A stretch of DNA of 64,000 bases from positions 64,001 to 128,000 of the forward strand of contig CAWAUM010000002.1 in the NCBI GenBank assembly GCA_963785235.1. Reading direction: 5' to 3'. Shown here one piece after another: positions 49,891-60,770 of the stretch (its first letter is position 1; the number at the start of each line of letters is the position of its first letter). This DNA comes from an uncultured delta proteobacterium (GTDB lineage Bacteria; Desulfobacterota; Desulfomonilia; UBA1062). Position numbers and translations under genes: made by a program. The notes under the pieces were generated by a model. It was not told the origin of the DNA. It was given only the letters and a program-made list of their open reading frames with translations, and made no database searches.

Positions 49891-50781
49891 ATGAACAGAG
49901 GAACCTGGTATGCTATAGGCGCATATGCCCTCTGGGGCCTTCTGCCAATATACTGGAAGTGGCTGCGGCATGTACCAGCTACCCAAGTGCTCTGCCACCG
50001 GATACTCTGGTCGTTCGTCACACTGCTCGTTATCATTCTCATCTCCCGTCAATGGAGGGCCTTCCGGGAGGCCATTGCCGAACTGCGTGTGCTGAGAACA
50101 TATGCCGTTGCCGCTGTTTTGATAAGCATCAACTGGCTCACCTACATCTGGGCGGTGAATGCCGGATTCATCGTGGAGACCAGCCTCGGGTATTTCATCA
50201 ACCCCCTTTTTAGCGTCCTTTTGGGGGTGATTTTCTTCCGTGAGCGCCTAAGACCGTGGCAATGGGCTGCCATCGCACTTGCAACAGCCGGCGTTGTATA
50301 CCTGACATACGCCTATGGATCACTGCCCTGGATCGCCCTGACCCTGGCCGCCACCTTCGGTGCGTATGGCCTGGTCAAGAAAACCGCTCCACTCGGGTCG
50401 CTTCATGGCCTAACGATTGAGACGCTTGTCCTGCTTGTGCCGGCGATCATGTTCCTGGTCTATTCCGACAGGGCAGGAAACGGAGCGTTGTTCACCAGCG
50501 GAGCCATATCTGATGCGCTACTCATGGGGGCAGGGATCATTACCGCAGTGCCGCTGCTGCTTTTTTCATCGGCAGCCAGACGCATACCACTCTCGCTGAT
50601 CGGCATCCTGCAATATATCGCCCCCACGCTCCAGTTTCTCCTGGGAGTGCTGGTCTATAAGGAACACTTTACCGCCACGAAGTTCACCGGTTTCAGCATC
50701 GTATGGGCAGCGCTCATCATCTACGGCGTGGAAGGACTCCTGGCCTACCGCTCGCAGTCGTTTCCCGTGGTGTCTGAATAG
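49891..50781 (+). CDS. rarD: EamA-family transporter RarD
   Basis: AYALWGLLPIYWK, HRILWS, ETSLGYFINPL, LQYIAPTLQF. Confidence 0.92.
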   Translation: MNRGTWYAIGAYALWGLLPIYWKWLRHVPATQVLCHRILWSFVTLLVIILISRQWRAFREAIAELRVLRTYAVAAVLISINWLTYIWAVNAGFIVETSLGYFINPLFSVLLGVIFFRERLRPWQWAAIALATAGVVYLTYAYGSLPWIALTLAATFGAYGLVKKTAPLGSLHGLTIETLVLLVPAIMFLVYSDRAGNGALFTSGAISDALLMGAGIITAVPLLLFSSAARRIPLSLIGILQYIAPTLQFLLGVLVYKEHFTATKFTGFSIVWAALIIYGVEGLLAYRSQSFPVVSE

Positions 50782-50827
50782 ACCGGATCAGTTTTTTTAC
50801 GCTTTTAAACGCAGAATCTAGCTTTCT

Positions 50828-51640
50828 CTAGATGATGCCCTTGAGGAAGTTCACGGCATTGTCGAAGATGGCCATGCCCTCGCCCCTGTCCGGTAGGTTG
50901 TTCTCCCTTGTCCATCTGGGGTGGTTGGTGCGGTGGGTGTAGGCCTCGGGGTGCGGCATGAGCCCGAAGATGCGGCCAGTTGAATCGCAGATACCTGCTA
51001 TGGCCGATACCGAACCGTTGGGGTTTGCGGGGTATTCCATGGTGGGCGAGAACGTTTCATCCGCATACTGGAGAGTTATCAGGTTTGCCTTCGTGATCTC
51101 AACAAGTGTCGCATCGCTGTCGCACACGAACTTTCCTTCGCCGTGACGGACCGGTACCATGAAATGATCTATACCTCTGGTAAATACGCAGGGGCTTAAA
51201 GGGTTTACCTTCAGGGTCACCCAGCGGTCTTCATACTTGGCAGAGTCGTTGAAGGTAAGCGACACCCTTCTCTTTCCCAGCGGGTTGCCGGGCAGGATGC
51301 CTGACTTCACCAGGGCCTGAAAGCCGTTGCATACCCCGAGGATAAGCATGCCCCGGGAGATGAAAGCGCTGATCTCATCCAACAGGGTTTTTCCGGATGT
51401 CTTTACGCGTGCATGTTTCAACCGGACACTCTCAACCTGTGCTGAGCCGAGGTCATCCCCGTCCAGAAAACCGCCCGGGAGGTTCAGGAAATGATAATCA
51501 TTGATGGGGTACTTGCCGCTCAATACTTCGCTGATGTGGGCGATATCGGCCTGAGCACCTGCAAGTCTGCAGGCATGTGCCATCTCCATCTCGCAGTTGG
51601 TTCCATATCCGGTTATGACAAGCGCCTTTACCATAGCCAT
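50828..51640 (-). CDS. purQ: FGAM synthase glutaminase subunit
   Basis: GTNCE, PGGFLDGD, LGVCNGFQ, HGEGKF, NPNGS, LMPHPE. Confidence 0.95.
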   Translation of the reverse strand: MAMVKALVITGYGTNCEMEMAHACRLAGAQADIAHISEVLSGKYPINDYHFLNLPGGFLDGDDLGSAQVESVRLKHARVKTSGKTLLDEISAFISRGMLILGVCNGFQALVKSGILPGNPLGKRRVSLTFNDSAKYEDRWVTLKVNPLSPCVFTRGIDHFMVPVRHGEGKFVCDSDATLVEITKANLITLQYADETFSPTMEYPANPNGSVSAIAGICDSTGRIFGLMPHPEAYTHRTNHPRWTRENNLPDRGEGMAIFDNAVNFLKGII

Positions 51641-51641
51641 A

Positions 51642-54591
51642 TCAGAAATCCAGGGTCGTCTTCCAGGCAGCCTTTAATGTGTCGATGCCTTCTTGCAGGA
51701 GGTAGTCTCCTGAGGATGATTTTATAACAAACTGCGGGGCTTTAGCGCTCATGCCGATGCATGCCGCGTCCTTGCTGAAGATCTCGTCTATCTCGGCAGC
51801 ATTATCCTTATGTACCTCTATGACGATCCTGCCGGCCGACTCCGAATACATCACCTCTGTGTCGTTCATGCCCGGTGCGGCAGGCACCTTGCCAAGGTCG
51901 ATTGACAGGCCAAATGCCCCGGAAAAGGCCATCTCCGCAAGGCATACGGCCAGGCCGCCATCCGAGCAGTCATGGGCAGACAGAACAAGGCCTTTTTCAA
52001 TGGCCTGGTGGAGGGTCCTGTATCTCTTCAGGGAGGCATCCGCATCCACCTGAGGAACGGTTGAACCTTTCTTGCCAAAAGAGGCAAGATACTCGCTTGC
52101 ACCGAGTTCGTTCTTTGTGGTGCCGAGGATGTATATCAGGCTTCCTTCCTTTTTGAGGTCCATGGTCACGGCCTTGCGTGCATCTTCAATCTTGCCGATG
52201 ACCGATATCAGGATGGTGGGCGGGATGGATATCTTTACATCGCCCCCCATATAGTCGTTCTTCATGCTGTCCTTGCCAGAGATCATGGGGCAGGAATAGG
52301 CTAGGGCATAATCAAAAAGGGCCTTGTTTGCCCGCACGAGCTGCGCCAGCTTGTATTCGCCGTCAGGATTCTTGGGGCTTGCCACTGGGTCACACCAACA
52401 GAAGTTGTCCAGAAAGGCCCAGTGATCCGGGTTGCCGCCTACACAGATGTAGTTCCTTAATGCCTCGTCCAGCGCACAGGCAGCCATGTGGTAGGTGTCC
52501 AGGTCGGAATACCTGGGCACGATGCCGTTTGATACAACCACTCCCTCATAGGAATCCAGCAGCGGCCGGATGACCCCGGCGTCCGATGGCCCGTCGCACT
52601 CTGCACCCACCAGGGGCTTGATGACCGAGCCACCCTGCACTTCGTGGTCGTACTGCCTGACCACATACTCCTTTGAGCAGATATTGAGCCTGCCCAGCAT
52701 CTCTTTGAGCTTGGCGCCGTGGTCTTCCGGGACCGGTGTTACTTCCGCATCCGTTGCAGGCGGGGTCCAGCGGGCCTTGAGCTTCATGGTGGGCAGGCCG
52801 TTGTGGAGGAAGTCCAGGCTGATATAGGCCACGTTCTTGCCGTTATATGTGCAGTGGAAGAAGCCGGAATCCGTGAAGGTGCCGATGACTGTGGATTCCA
52901 CTCCCATGGCGCAGGAGAGCTCGAGGAACTCAGCGATCTTCTCTTCAGGGATGGCCAGGGTCATGCGTTCCTGGGCCTCGGAGAGCAGGATCTCCCACGG
53001 GCTCAGGCCATGATATTTCAGGAGAGGTTTTTCCAGTTCTATATGGCACCCGCCGCACAGCGTAGCCATCTCGCCCACCGCCGAGGACAATCCTCCCGCG
53101 CCATCGTCGGTGATGGCATGGTAGAGGCCCTTGTCACGGGCCACGAGCAGGAAATCGGTGAGCTTCTTCTGGGTGATGGGGTCGCCGATCTGCACGGCGG
53201 ATGTCGGGGACGTCTCTGAGAATTCCTCTGAGGAGAAGGTGGCACCGTGGATGCCGTCCTTGCCTATCCTGCCCCCAGACATGACGATGAGGTCCCCGGG
53301 TATAATATGCTTGAGATGGGAGGGCGAACCATTGATCTCTTTGGGCATTATTCCTGCGGTTCCGCAATAGACCAGGGGTTTTCCCAGGTACCGCTCATCA
53401 AACACTAGGCACCCATTCACCGTTGGGATGCCGGATTTGTTGCCTCCGTGCTCTACGCCTTCCCGGACTCCCTCAAAGATCCTCAAGGGATGGAGTATCT
53501 TGGGGGGCAGTTTGCCGGTACGAAACGGGTCTGCAAAACAGAACACGTCCGTGTTGAAGATGAGCTTGGCCCCCATGCCGGTGCCGAAGGGGTCGCGGTT
53601 GACCCCCACGATGCCGGTGAGCGCGCCGCCATATGGGTCCAGGGCCGAAGGGGAGTTATGTGTCTCCACCTTGAACACGAGGTTATAGCCTTCATTGAAC
53701 CGGATAACGCCTGCATTGTCGGAAAAGACACTTACGCAGATATCTTTTTCCCCTGCACGTTTACGGATCTTGGCTGTGGCGCCCTTGATGTAGGTTGAAA
53801 ACAATGATGAGATCTCAGAAGTAATACCATCCTCTTCATACGTGATATCCGCATTGAAGATCTTGTGTTTGCAGTGCTCGGACCAGGTCTGGGCCAGGCA
53901 CTCGAGCTCGACATCCGTTATCTTGCCCCCAAGACCCTTACGCGATCTTTTTTGCAGGGTGTCAGGGTCCTTCAGGTAGTTGATGATGGTCTTCATCTCG
54001 GCTACGCTCAGGGCCAGGGTTCTGTCCTGGGAGAGTTTTAGAAGGGCGTCGTCTTCAAGGTCCAGCGAAATTTCTTCCACGACAGGATCATGGAGCCCGC
54101 TGACAATGGGGATGGCCGGCAAGGTGGCCCCGCACGCGGGATAGTTGAGCACCCTGATGGTGTGGATGAGCGAATTGGCCAGGCATTCCCGGGCTATTGC
54201 GTGGGCGGCATCAAGGTCAAGCCCGCCCTGGAGCAGGTACCCCCGTGCGGAAAAGACCTTAATAGAGCTGCCCGAGATGAGCTCATAGGCATATTGGGCG
54301 CTATGGCCCACATTGTCGGTAACGCCGGGCTTGAACCCGACTTCGATATACCAGCCTTTATCCGTTCGTAAGACGCCGCCTATGGTGATATCCTGGATGA
54401 CCGGGTCGCAGAAGGCCTCTTTAAGCCAGGCATGGGTGAGGTTATCCGAATCCATGTGGTAGATGTCGAAGCAGGAGATTCTCTCAAGGGTAGACAAGTT
54501 GGGGAAAGGCATGGAGTATCTGCCTTTTGACCCTGGCCCCGCGGGCATCAAAGAGGTGCGGCTTGAGTCCGACCTCGACCCTCAAGCCCAT
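51642..54591 (-). CDS. purL: FGAM synthase PurL with a PurS-like N-terminal extension, frameshift near 54505
   Basis: ATG 54591 MGLRVEVGLK...DARG, PGVTDN, QTWSEHCKHKIFN, KVETHNSPS, SEAQERM, GKDSM, HDCSDGG. Confidence 0.93.
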
Positions 54592-54595
54592 GGAC

Positions 54596-54997
54596 TTAAC
54601 CTTTTTCCTCTACGTAGATGGGGGCGTTGGGGCCTTCCATGATTTCCCGCTCAGATTTGCACTTCACACACAGTGTTGCAAAGGGCATTGCCTTGAGCCT
54701 TGCGGCAGGAATGTTTTCCTCACAGTCTTCGCAGAAACCGTATTCGCCTTGCTCCATCCGTGAAAGGGCGCTTTCGATCTGGTCAAGCTTCTGCCGTTCA
54801 CGGGTCCCGAGGAGGAGGTTGAACTCCCTGGTCTGCTCAAGGTCGGCATCGTCAAAGATGTCGCCGATCTCCCGCTGTGCTGTCAGGTCATGAGATTTGA
54901 TTCTCTCAGCAAGGGTCTTAAGGATGTCCTTCTTCGTCTGGAGAAGGATCTCTTTGATCTCGAGAAGCTCATTCTTTCTTAACATCCTATCCTCCAC
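54596..54997 (-). CDS. dksA: DksA/TraR family C4 zinc-finger protein
   Basis: DIFDDA (DxxDxA tip), YGFCEDC.E.I...RL...P...LCVKC. Confidence 0.85.
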   Translation of the reverse strand: MEDRMLRKNELLEIKEILLQTKKDILKTLAERIKSHDLTAQREIGDIFDDADLEQTREFNLLLGTRERQKLDQIESALSRMEQGEYGFCEDCEENIPAARLKAMPFATLCVKCKSEREIMEGPNAPIYVEEKG

Positions 54998-55018
54998 CGG
55001 AATTTAAAAAGTAGGCTA

Positions 55019-55046
55019 CTTATACTTATTACAATCACCCTGTCAA
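55019..55046 (-). promoter_or_regulatory. Putative sigma70 promoter of dksA-purL-purQ
   Basis: TTGACA-16 nt-TATAAG on the minus strand. Confidence 0.5.
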
Positions 55047-55144
55047 CCTTCAATTCATCATTTCGATGCAAATCCGCACCATCACGATTCATGCATCGAT
55101 TTATATCCTATTGCGTGAGAAGCATGTTCCGCCCATGTCTCCTT

Positions 55145-56353
55145 TCATAAAAGGCACCCGACCTGGAAGACCTCGCATTCCACAAGGGAGCCTGATGGCA
55201 GTGATGTAGTCCCTTTGGGCAGGACCATATAGCAGTTGCCCATTGCCATGGAGGAGAGAATGCCTGACCCCTGTGGTCCTGTGGGGGTGACTACGAGATC
55301 GTCGCCGGAGCGCTCCAGGATGCCGCGTATGTAATGGGGCCTGTCGCCAGAGTTTTTCAAAGCTTCCTTAAGCCGGGCCCTCACCCTTGGCAGGAGGAGG
55401 TCTTTTGCTCCCTGCATCTTGAGGATGGCGGGCCTGGCGAACTGATAGAATGAGGTCATGGTGGACACGGGGTTGCCGGGCAGCCCTATGGCAGGCACCC
55501 CGTATAGGGCCCCGAAGGCAAGGGGCTTTCCGGGCTTCATCTCTATGCCCCAGAATTCAAGCGAGTTTCCGTCCTCGTTCATAACTTCTCTGATCATGTC
55601 ATAATCGCCCATGGAAACGCCACCCGAGGTGATGATCAGGTCAGCCTTTTTTGCGCAGGCAAGCCTGGCCTTGAGGTCTTCTTTCCTGTCCCGGGCAATG
55701 CCCAGATAGCAAGGAATGCCTCCGGTAAGCCTTATGAGGCTGAGCAGGGTATAGGAGTTTGATGAGATGATTGCGTTGTTCGGGGCATCCTCTCCAAGTT
55801 CCACGATCTCGTCGCCTGTTGCCAGTACGGCTACCAGTGGTCTTTGGGAAACCTGGACCATGGGGCGGCGAAGCGATGCCAGTATACCTATGACGGCAGG
55901 CCCTATAAGGGTCCCTCTTGTGAGGACAAGCTGACCCGGGGAAATGTCCTCCCCTTTGAATCGGATGTTTTCATGCTTCTTCGGCACCTTATTGATCGTG
56001 ACCGTTCTTTCTTCCTCCTTGGTGTCCTCACGCCTTACCACTGCATCCGCTCCCTCCGGGATGGGTGCGCCGGTCATGATCTTGGCGGCTTGGCCCTCGG
56101 CAACGGGATAACGGGCTTGGGAGCCTGCCGGGAGGATTGATGAGATCTTCAGGGTGATACCCATGGACTTCACATCATCCGTGCGGACAGCATAGCCGTC
56201 CATGGCTGAATTGTCACACGGGGGGATAGCCAGACTTGAGATGAGATCCTCGGCAAGGTATCTCCCCAGGGCATTTTCCAGGGATACCTGTTCGGAGGGT
56301 AGTGCCGGGACCTTTGAGAGGATTATCTCTCGAGCTTTTTCAATGCTTAACAT
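55145..56353 (-). CDS. moeA: Molybdopterin molybdotransferase
   Basis: NSAMDGYAV, IMTGAP, TGDE, SGGVSMGDYD, KPGKP, LPGNP. Confidence 0.94.
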   Translation of the reverse strand: MLSIEKAREIILSKVPALPSEQVSLENALGRYLAEDLISSLAIPPCDNSAMDGYAVRTDDVKSMGITLKISSILPAGSQARYPVAEGQAAKIMTGAPIPEGADAVVRREDTKEEERTVTINKVPKKHENIRFKGEDISPGQLVLTRGTLIGPAVIGILASLRRPMVQVSQRPLVAVLATGDEIVELGEDAPNNAIISSNSYTLLSLIRLTGGIPCYLGIARDRKEDLKARLACAKKADLIITSGGVSMGDYDMIREVMNEDGNSLEFWGIEMKPGKPLAFGALYGVPAIGLPGNPVSTMTSFYQFARPAILKMQGAKDLLLPRVRARLKEALKNSGDRPHYIRGILERSGDDLVVTPTGPQGSGILSSMAMGNCYMVLPKGTTSLPSGSLVECEVFQVGCLL

Positions 56354-56445
56354 GAACCCACCTTATATGTTCTCTAAGATGATGTATCAGATTTGCCGGC
56401 CTTATCCAAGTCAAGATTCCATCTTGGTATGACGATAGAACACCT

Positions 56446-57879
56446 ATGGAACTTAAGGATATCCTTGCGCCCTTGGACATCGAGCTCAAAAAGGTCTCCA
56501 TTCTGGGAGGGAGCATGTCTGTCGTTGTGGTCCCCGGCGATCAGGCGGACATGGCGTTGCGGGCAAAGCGTGATACGGATACGGCCGTAAACTATGGGGA
56601 ATACCTCGTTCTCGGTGTGTTCGGCATGGGGGCCGATGAAGCCTCTTCCCAGTTCCTTTCCATCCCCAAGGGGATTGCGGTCTATCCCAAGGACGGCGCC
56701 GATATCCAGACCCTGTTCTTCGAGGCTCTTGAGCGTTTCAACCTGAGCAAGGGGAGTACGCACTGGGTCAAGAGCCTGTGGGGGAGCATCCGTGAGACGG
56801 CCTCTTCCGAAAAAGACAGCGATGGAGAGGCGAAATTCCTGGGGAACGCCTTCTATCAATTCTATGCATTCATGGCGTCGCGTCCCCAGGAGGTCGGCCA
56901 GGTCATTTCCGACATGAGCCAGGCCGACCGGCATTGGATAGAAGACCTTATTCCTTTTGGTGTCGTTTCGGGATTAAAGCCGGACGGTGCGGTTAGGGAA
57001 GCTGAGATAGCAGTGCTCATGCAGGAGTGGGGCTATCAGGAAAAACTGGATAAAAAAAGAGAGGTGGGAAAGGGCATCTTGCGGAAATTCCGCAACTTCG
57101 AGCACCTCTTCACCCTGCCCTCCATCTCAAAGGAGATCATCGACCTTGCAGGGGACCCCATGGTTGCCGCCTCAAAGATGGCAAAGATCATCGAGAAGGA
57201 CCCCGTGCTCACGTCACGCATGCTCAAGGTCGTGAACTCCGCCTTCTACGGGTTTCGCAGGCAGATCGTGTCCATCGAACACGCAGTGGTGATCCTTGGC
57301 AATGATGAGGTCATCAATCTCGCTTTTTCCATAGCCGTACACCAGGTCATGGAACGGATTGCACCGAAAAAGGCAAGGATACTCTGGGAACATTCCCTCC
57401 TCGTGGCCCACCTGTCCAGCTGGCTTGGCCGGTTGCTTGGATGCAATGACCACAATGCCCTTTACACGCTTGGGCTGCTCCATGATTTCGGTAAGATAAT
57501 CTATCTCCAGCGGGGATACTGCCTGGGTGACCTGTCGAGCCTGTCTTCCCTGGAGGACCTGGCGGGAGAGGAGAGGGAAACCGGTCTATCCCATGCAGAA
57601 ATGGGTGCATATGTGGCCGAGCGGTGGAACCTCCCTGAAGAAATTGTGGACGGGCTCTTGTGTCATCACCTGCCCGGCAGAGCCAAGGACCTTTGTCTTG
57701 CCGTCACGGTTCATTTTGCGGACATCATTGCTCATAAAAAAGCAATAACGCTGGATATGGCCAATACCGCTGCCGTGCGGTTTCTCACGCCGGAGATGCG
57801 CTCACAGCTGAGTGACGATATTGTTGCCATGAGATATGAGGATACGGAATCGAGGGTGAAGGCCCTTCTTGATCTATAG
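56446..57879 (+). CDS. HDOD-domain protein with an N-terminal degenerate GGDEF-like domain
   Basis: LPSI, IEKDPVL...LKVVNSAFYG, WEHS, GLLHDFGK, HAEMG....ERWNLP. The N-terminus has RDTD...YGEY and GIAVYPKDG. Confidence 0.88.
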   Translation: MELKDILAPLDIELKKVSILGGSMSVVVVPGDQADMALRAKRDTDTAVNYGEYLVLGVFGMGADEASSQFLSIPKGIAVYPKDGADIQTLFFEALERFNLSKGSTHWVKSLWGSIRETASSEKDSDGEAKFLGNAFYQFYAFMASRPQEVGQVISDMSQADRHWIEDLIPFGVVSGLKPDGAVREAEIAVLMQEWGYQEKLDKKREVGKGILRKFRNFEHLFTLPSISKEIIDLAGDPMVAASKMAKIIEKDPVLTSRMLKVVNSAFYGFRRQIVSIEHAVVILGNDEVINLAFSIAVHQVMERIAPKKARILWEHSLLVAHLSSWLGRLLGCNDHNALYTLGLLHDFGKIIYLQRGYCLGDLSSLSSLEDLAGEERETGLSHAEMGAYVAERWNLPEEIVDGLLCHHLPGRAKDLCLAVTVHFADIIAHKKAITLDMANTAAVRFLTPEMRSQLSDDIVAMRYEDTESRVKALLDL

Positions 57880-57881
57880 CC

Positions 57882-59114
57882 ATGGAACGGGACATTGTAT
57901 CTATATTGAAAGAGCGTATCGTTTCCCTTGAGGAGGGTTATGAGCAGAAGATAGCCGAACTCTCGCTGCTGAAAGAACTCGGCGAGGCGTTGAAGGGGAC
58001 GAGCCTCTCCCATTGGAACCAGCTCTTTTTACGCCAGCTCGACATCATCAAGAACGCTACGGGCATACAAAGTATTTCCGTCATGCTCATTGATGAGCAG
58101 ACCCAGACTCTGCATATCGTGAGCGCATCACTCATGAAAGACTCACCCAACAGGCCGCCCATTCTGCTCAAGAGGGGTGAAGGGATCGCCGGCAAGGTAG
58201 TGGAGACGGGCAAGACACTCTATATCCAAGACGTCACCAAGGACCCCAATTTTTCCAACAGGGGGACCAACCAGGAAGGGTCTCTGGCCTGCGTGCCTAT
58301 CATTACCGAGGGCAGAAGCGTCGGGGTCATCAATTTCCGGGATAATGTCCCGGGCTGCTTCGGGCCCAACGATCTCAGGTTCTTCGAGCTCATCGCAGAC
58401 CAGCTTTCCATTACCGCATCGCTCGTTCGGACTTATCAGGATCTCCTGGGACTTGAGAAAAAACGAATGAACCTGAGCAGGTATTTTTCCCGGGGACTCG
58501 CCGAGCACCTCGTAGCGGATGACCGCATGACAGGTCTTGGGGGGCAGAGAAAGATCGTAACCGTGGTGTTTGCCGACATTACCTCCTTCACCACACTGCT
58601 TGACAGCAACCCTGTAGAGCAGGTGGTAGAGGTCCTCAACCGGTTCTTCGAGACCGTCGTTCCAGTGATCTTCAAGCATGGAGGGATGCTCGACAAGTTT
58701 TTAGGAGATGGAGTCATGGCGGTCTTCGGCATCCCTGATGAGACCGACATGGACCCCGTCAAGGCGATCCGCTGTGCTGTTGAAATCCAGCAAGGGGTGA
58801 CTGAACTCAAGGAAAGGCTTGTGGTTGATGGTTTTTTTGCCATCGAGGTAGGCATCGGCATCTCTACGGGCCTGGTAGTGGCAGGGAATATCGGCTCGCA
58901 GGAGCAGCTGAACTATACGGTTATCGGGGAGCCGGTAAACCTTGCACAGCGGCTTGAGTCCATCAGCTCTCCAGGAGAGATCATTGTCAGCAGCTTTACC
59001 ACGGACCTGCTCCCGTCTGGAACAGATCTGGGGGTAAGGTTCGAGCCCATGGGATGTATCAGGGTAAAGGGTATCCCGCGGGATATCAATGCATTAAAGG
59101 TTGTCTATAAATAA
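57882..59114 (+). CDS. GAF-domain class III adenylate/guanylate cyclase
   Basis: GEGIAGKV / SLACVPI (GAF), then VVFADITSFT, DKFLGDGVM, GNIGS, YTVIGEPVNLAQRLE. Confidence 0.92.
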   Translation: MERDIVSILKERIVSLEEGYEQKIAELSLLKELGEALKGTSLSHWNQLFLRQLDIIKNATGIQSISVMLIDEQTQTLHIVSASLMKDSPNRPPILLKRGEGIAGKVVETGKTLYIQDVTKDPNFSNRGTNQEGSLACVPIITEGRSVGVINFRDNVPGCFGPNDLRFFELIADQLSITASLVRTYQDLLGLEKKRMNLSRYFSRGLAEHLVADDRMTGLGGQRKIVTVVFADITSFTTLLDSNPVEQVVEVLNRFFETVVPVIFKHGGMLDKFLGDGVMAVFGIPDETDMDPVKAIRCAVEIQQGVTELKERLVVDGFFAIEVGIGISTGLVVAGNIGSQEQLNYTVIGEPVNLAQRLESISSPGEIIVSSFTTDLLPSGTDLGVRFEPMGCIRVKGIPRDINALKVVYK

Positions 59115-59261
59115 CTACTGGTGGAGTCAGCTTGAAACAGGCCCTTTTGCTCTTGACTTTGCATTTTGTTTCATTTAGTCCATGTCATACCGATTAATCT
59201 GTTTCGTGGGCCCTCGCACAGAAACACCCCACACCAGCTCATTAAGCCGAAAGGAAGTTAT

Positions 59262-60509
59262 ATGCATTTAGAAGATTTAAAAAAAATGGACCCCAAGGAT
59301 CTCCTGGAGACTGCAAACTCACTGGAAATCGAGGGTTCAGCCACCATGCACAAGCAGGAGCTTATCTTTGCGATCCTCCAGGCCCAGGCGGAAAAGGATG
59401 TCTCCATATCCGGACAGGGGGTTCTTGAGATCCTGCCCGATGGGTTCGGCTTCCTGCGTTCCGCTGACTACAGCTATCTGCCCGGCCCGGATGACATATA
59501 TGTCTCGCCCTCTCAGATCAGGCGGTTCAACCTGAAAAACGGCGATGAGGTGAGGGGGCAGATCAGACCCCCCAAGGACAACGAGCGGTACTTCGCATTG
59601 CTGAAGCTGGAAACCATCAGCAATGCAGACCCGGAGGAGGCCAAGCACCGGGTGTCCTTCGACAATCTCACCCCGCTCTACCCCATGGAAAAATTCAAAC
59701 TCGAGACCGGTCAGGACAACCTCACCGGGAGGGTCCTGGATCTTCTTGTCCCCATCGGCAAGGGCCAGCGGGGCATGATAGTATCGCCGCCCAAGGCCGG
59801 AAAGACCATGATGCTCCAGAGTGTCGCCAAATCCATCAAGAAGAACCACCCTGAGGTGGAATTGATGGTTCTGCTCATAGATGAGAGGCCTGAAGAGGTC
59901 ACGGACATGCAGCGCTCCGTCAATGGCGAGGTCGTGGCATCAACCTTTGACGAACCTGCTGCACGCCATGTGCAGGTGGCCCGTATGGTCATGGAGAAGG
60001 CCAAGCGCCTGGCGGAATACAAAAAGGATGTAGTTATCCTGCTGGATTCGCTCACCAGGCTTGCCAGGGCGCACAACACGGTATGTCCGCCATCAGGTAA
60101 GCTCCTCTCGGGCGGTATCGATGCCAATGCGCTTCAGAAACCGAAAAGGTTTTTCGGTTCGGCCAGGAATATTGAAGAGGGGGGCAGTATCACCATCATT
60201 GCAACGGCGCTGGTTGATACAGGTTCCCGGATGGACGAAGTCATCTATGAAGAATTCAAGGGCACAGGCAACCAGGAGATACACCTCGACCGGTCCATTA
60301 TGGAGCGCAGGGTCTTCCCGGCCATTGACATATCCAAGTCAGGCACACGCAAAGAGGAGCTCCTGCTTCCCAAAGAGCAGCTGGACCGCATCTGGATACT
60401 CAGAAAGCTCCTGAGTCCCTTGAACCCCATCGACAGCATAGAATTTTTACTGGACAAATTAAGCAAGACGCGCAATAATGCCGAGTTCATGGATTCCATG
60501 AATAAATAG
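59262..60509 (+). CDS. rho: Transcription termination factor Rho
   Basis: [42 protein letters not shown]. Confidence 0.98.
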   Translation: MHLEDLKKMDPKDLLETANSLEIEGSATMHKQELIFAILQAQAEKDVSISGQGVLEILPDGFGFLRSADYSYLPGPDDIYVSPSQIRRFNLKNGDEVRGQIRPPKDNERYFALLKLETISNADPEEAKHRVSFDNLTPLYPMEKFKLETGQDNLTGRVLDLLVPIGKGQRGMIVSPPKAGKTMMLQSVAKSIKKNHPEVELMVLLIDERPEEVTDMQRSVNGEVVASTFDEPAARHVQVARMVMEKAKRLAEYKKDVVILLDSLTRLARAHNTVCPPSGKLLSGGIDANALQKPKRFFGSARNIEEGGSITIIATALVDTGSRMDEVIYEEFKGTGNQEIHLDRSIMERRVFPAIDISKSGTRKEELLLPKEQLDRIWILRKLLSPLNPIDSIEFLLDKLSKTRNNAEFMDSMNK

Positions 60510-60520
60510 GAGTAGATACA

Positions 60521-60754
60521 ATGAAAAAAGGAATACACCCAGATTATTTCGAGACAACGGTCACCTGCGGGTGCGGCAATACCTTCACCACACGTTCCAC
60601 CAAGAAGGACATACGCGTTGAAATATGCAGCGCCTGCCACCCCTTTTATACGGGTCAGCAGAGGCTCACCTCAACTGCAGGAAAGGCCGAGCTGTTCAAG
60701 AGAAAGTATGGCGAGTACCTGAAAAAGGACAGCACTCAAGGCAAAAGCAAGTAA
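60521..60754 (+). CDS. rpmE: 50S ribosomal protein L31 (zinc-binding form)
   Basis: [23 protein letters not shown]. Confidence 0.96.
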   Translation: MKKGIHPDYFETTVTCGCGNTFTTRSTKKDIRVEICSACHPFYTGQQRLTSTAGKAELFKRKYGEYLKKDSTQGKSK

Positions 60755-60770
60755 GCTTCCTTAAAATGAC

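Noticed and set aside
59166-59261. N-terminal extension of Rho, or a novel leader RNA (hairpin TGTTTC...GAAACA and a C-rich tract)
   Set aside because: The start is better placed at 59262 with an AAGGA RBS. Structured, C-rich rho leaders fit known Rho autoregulation.
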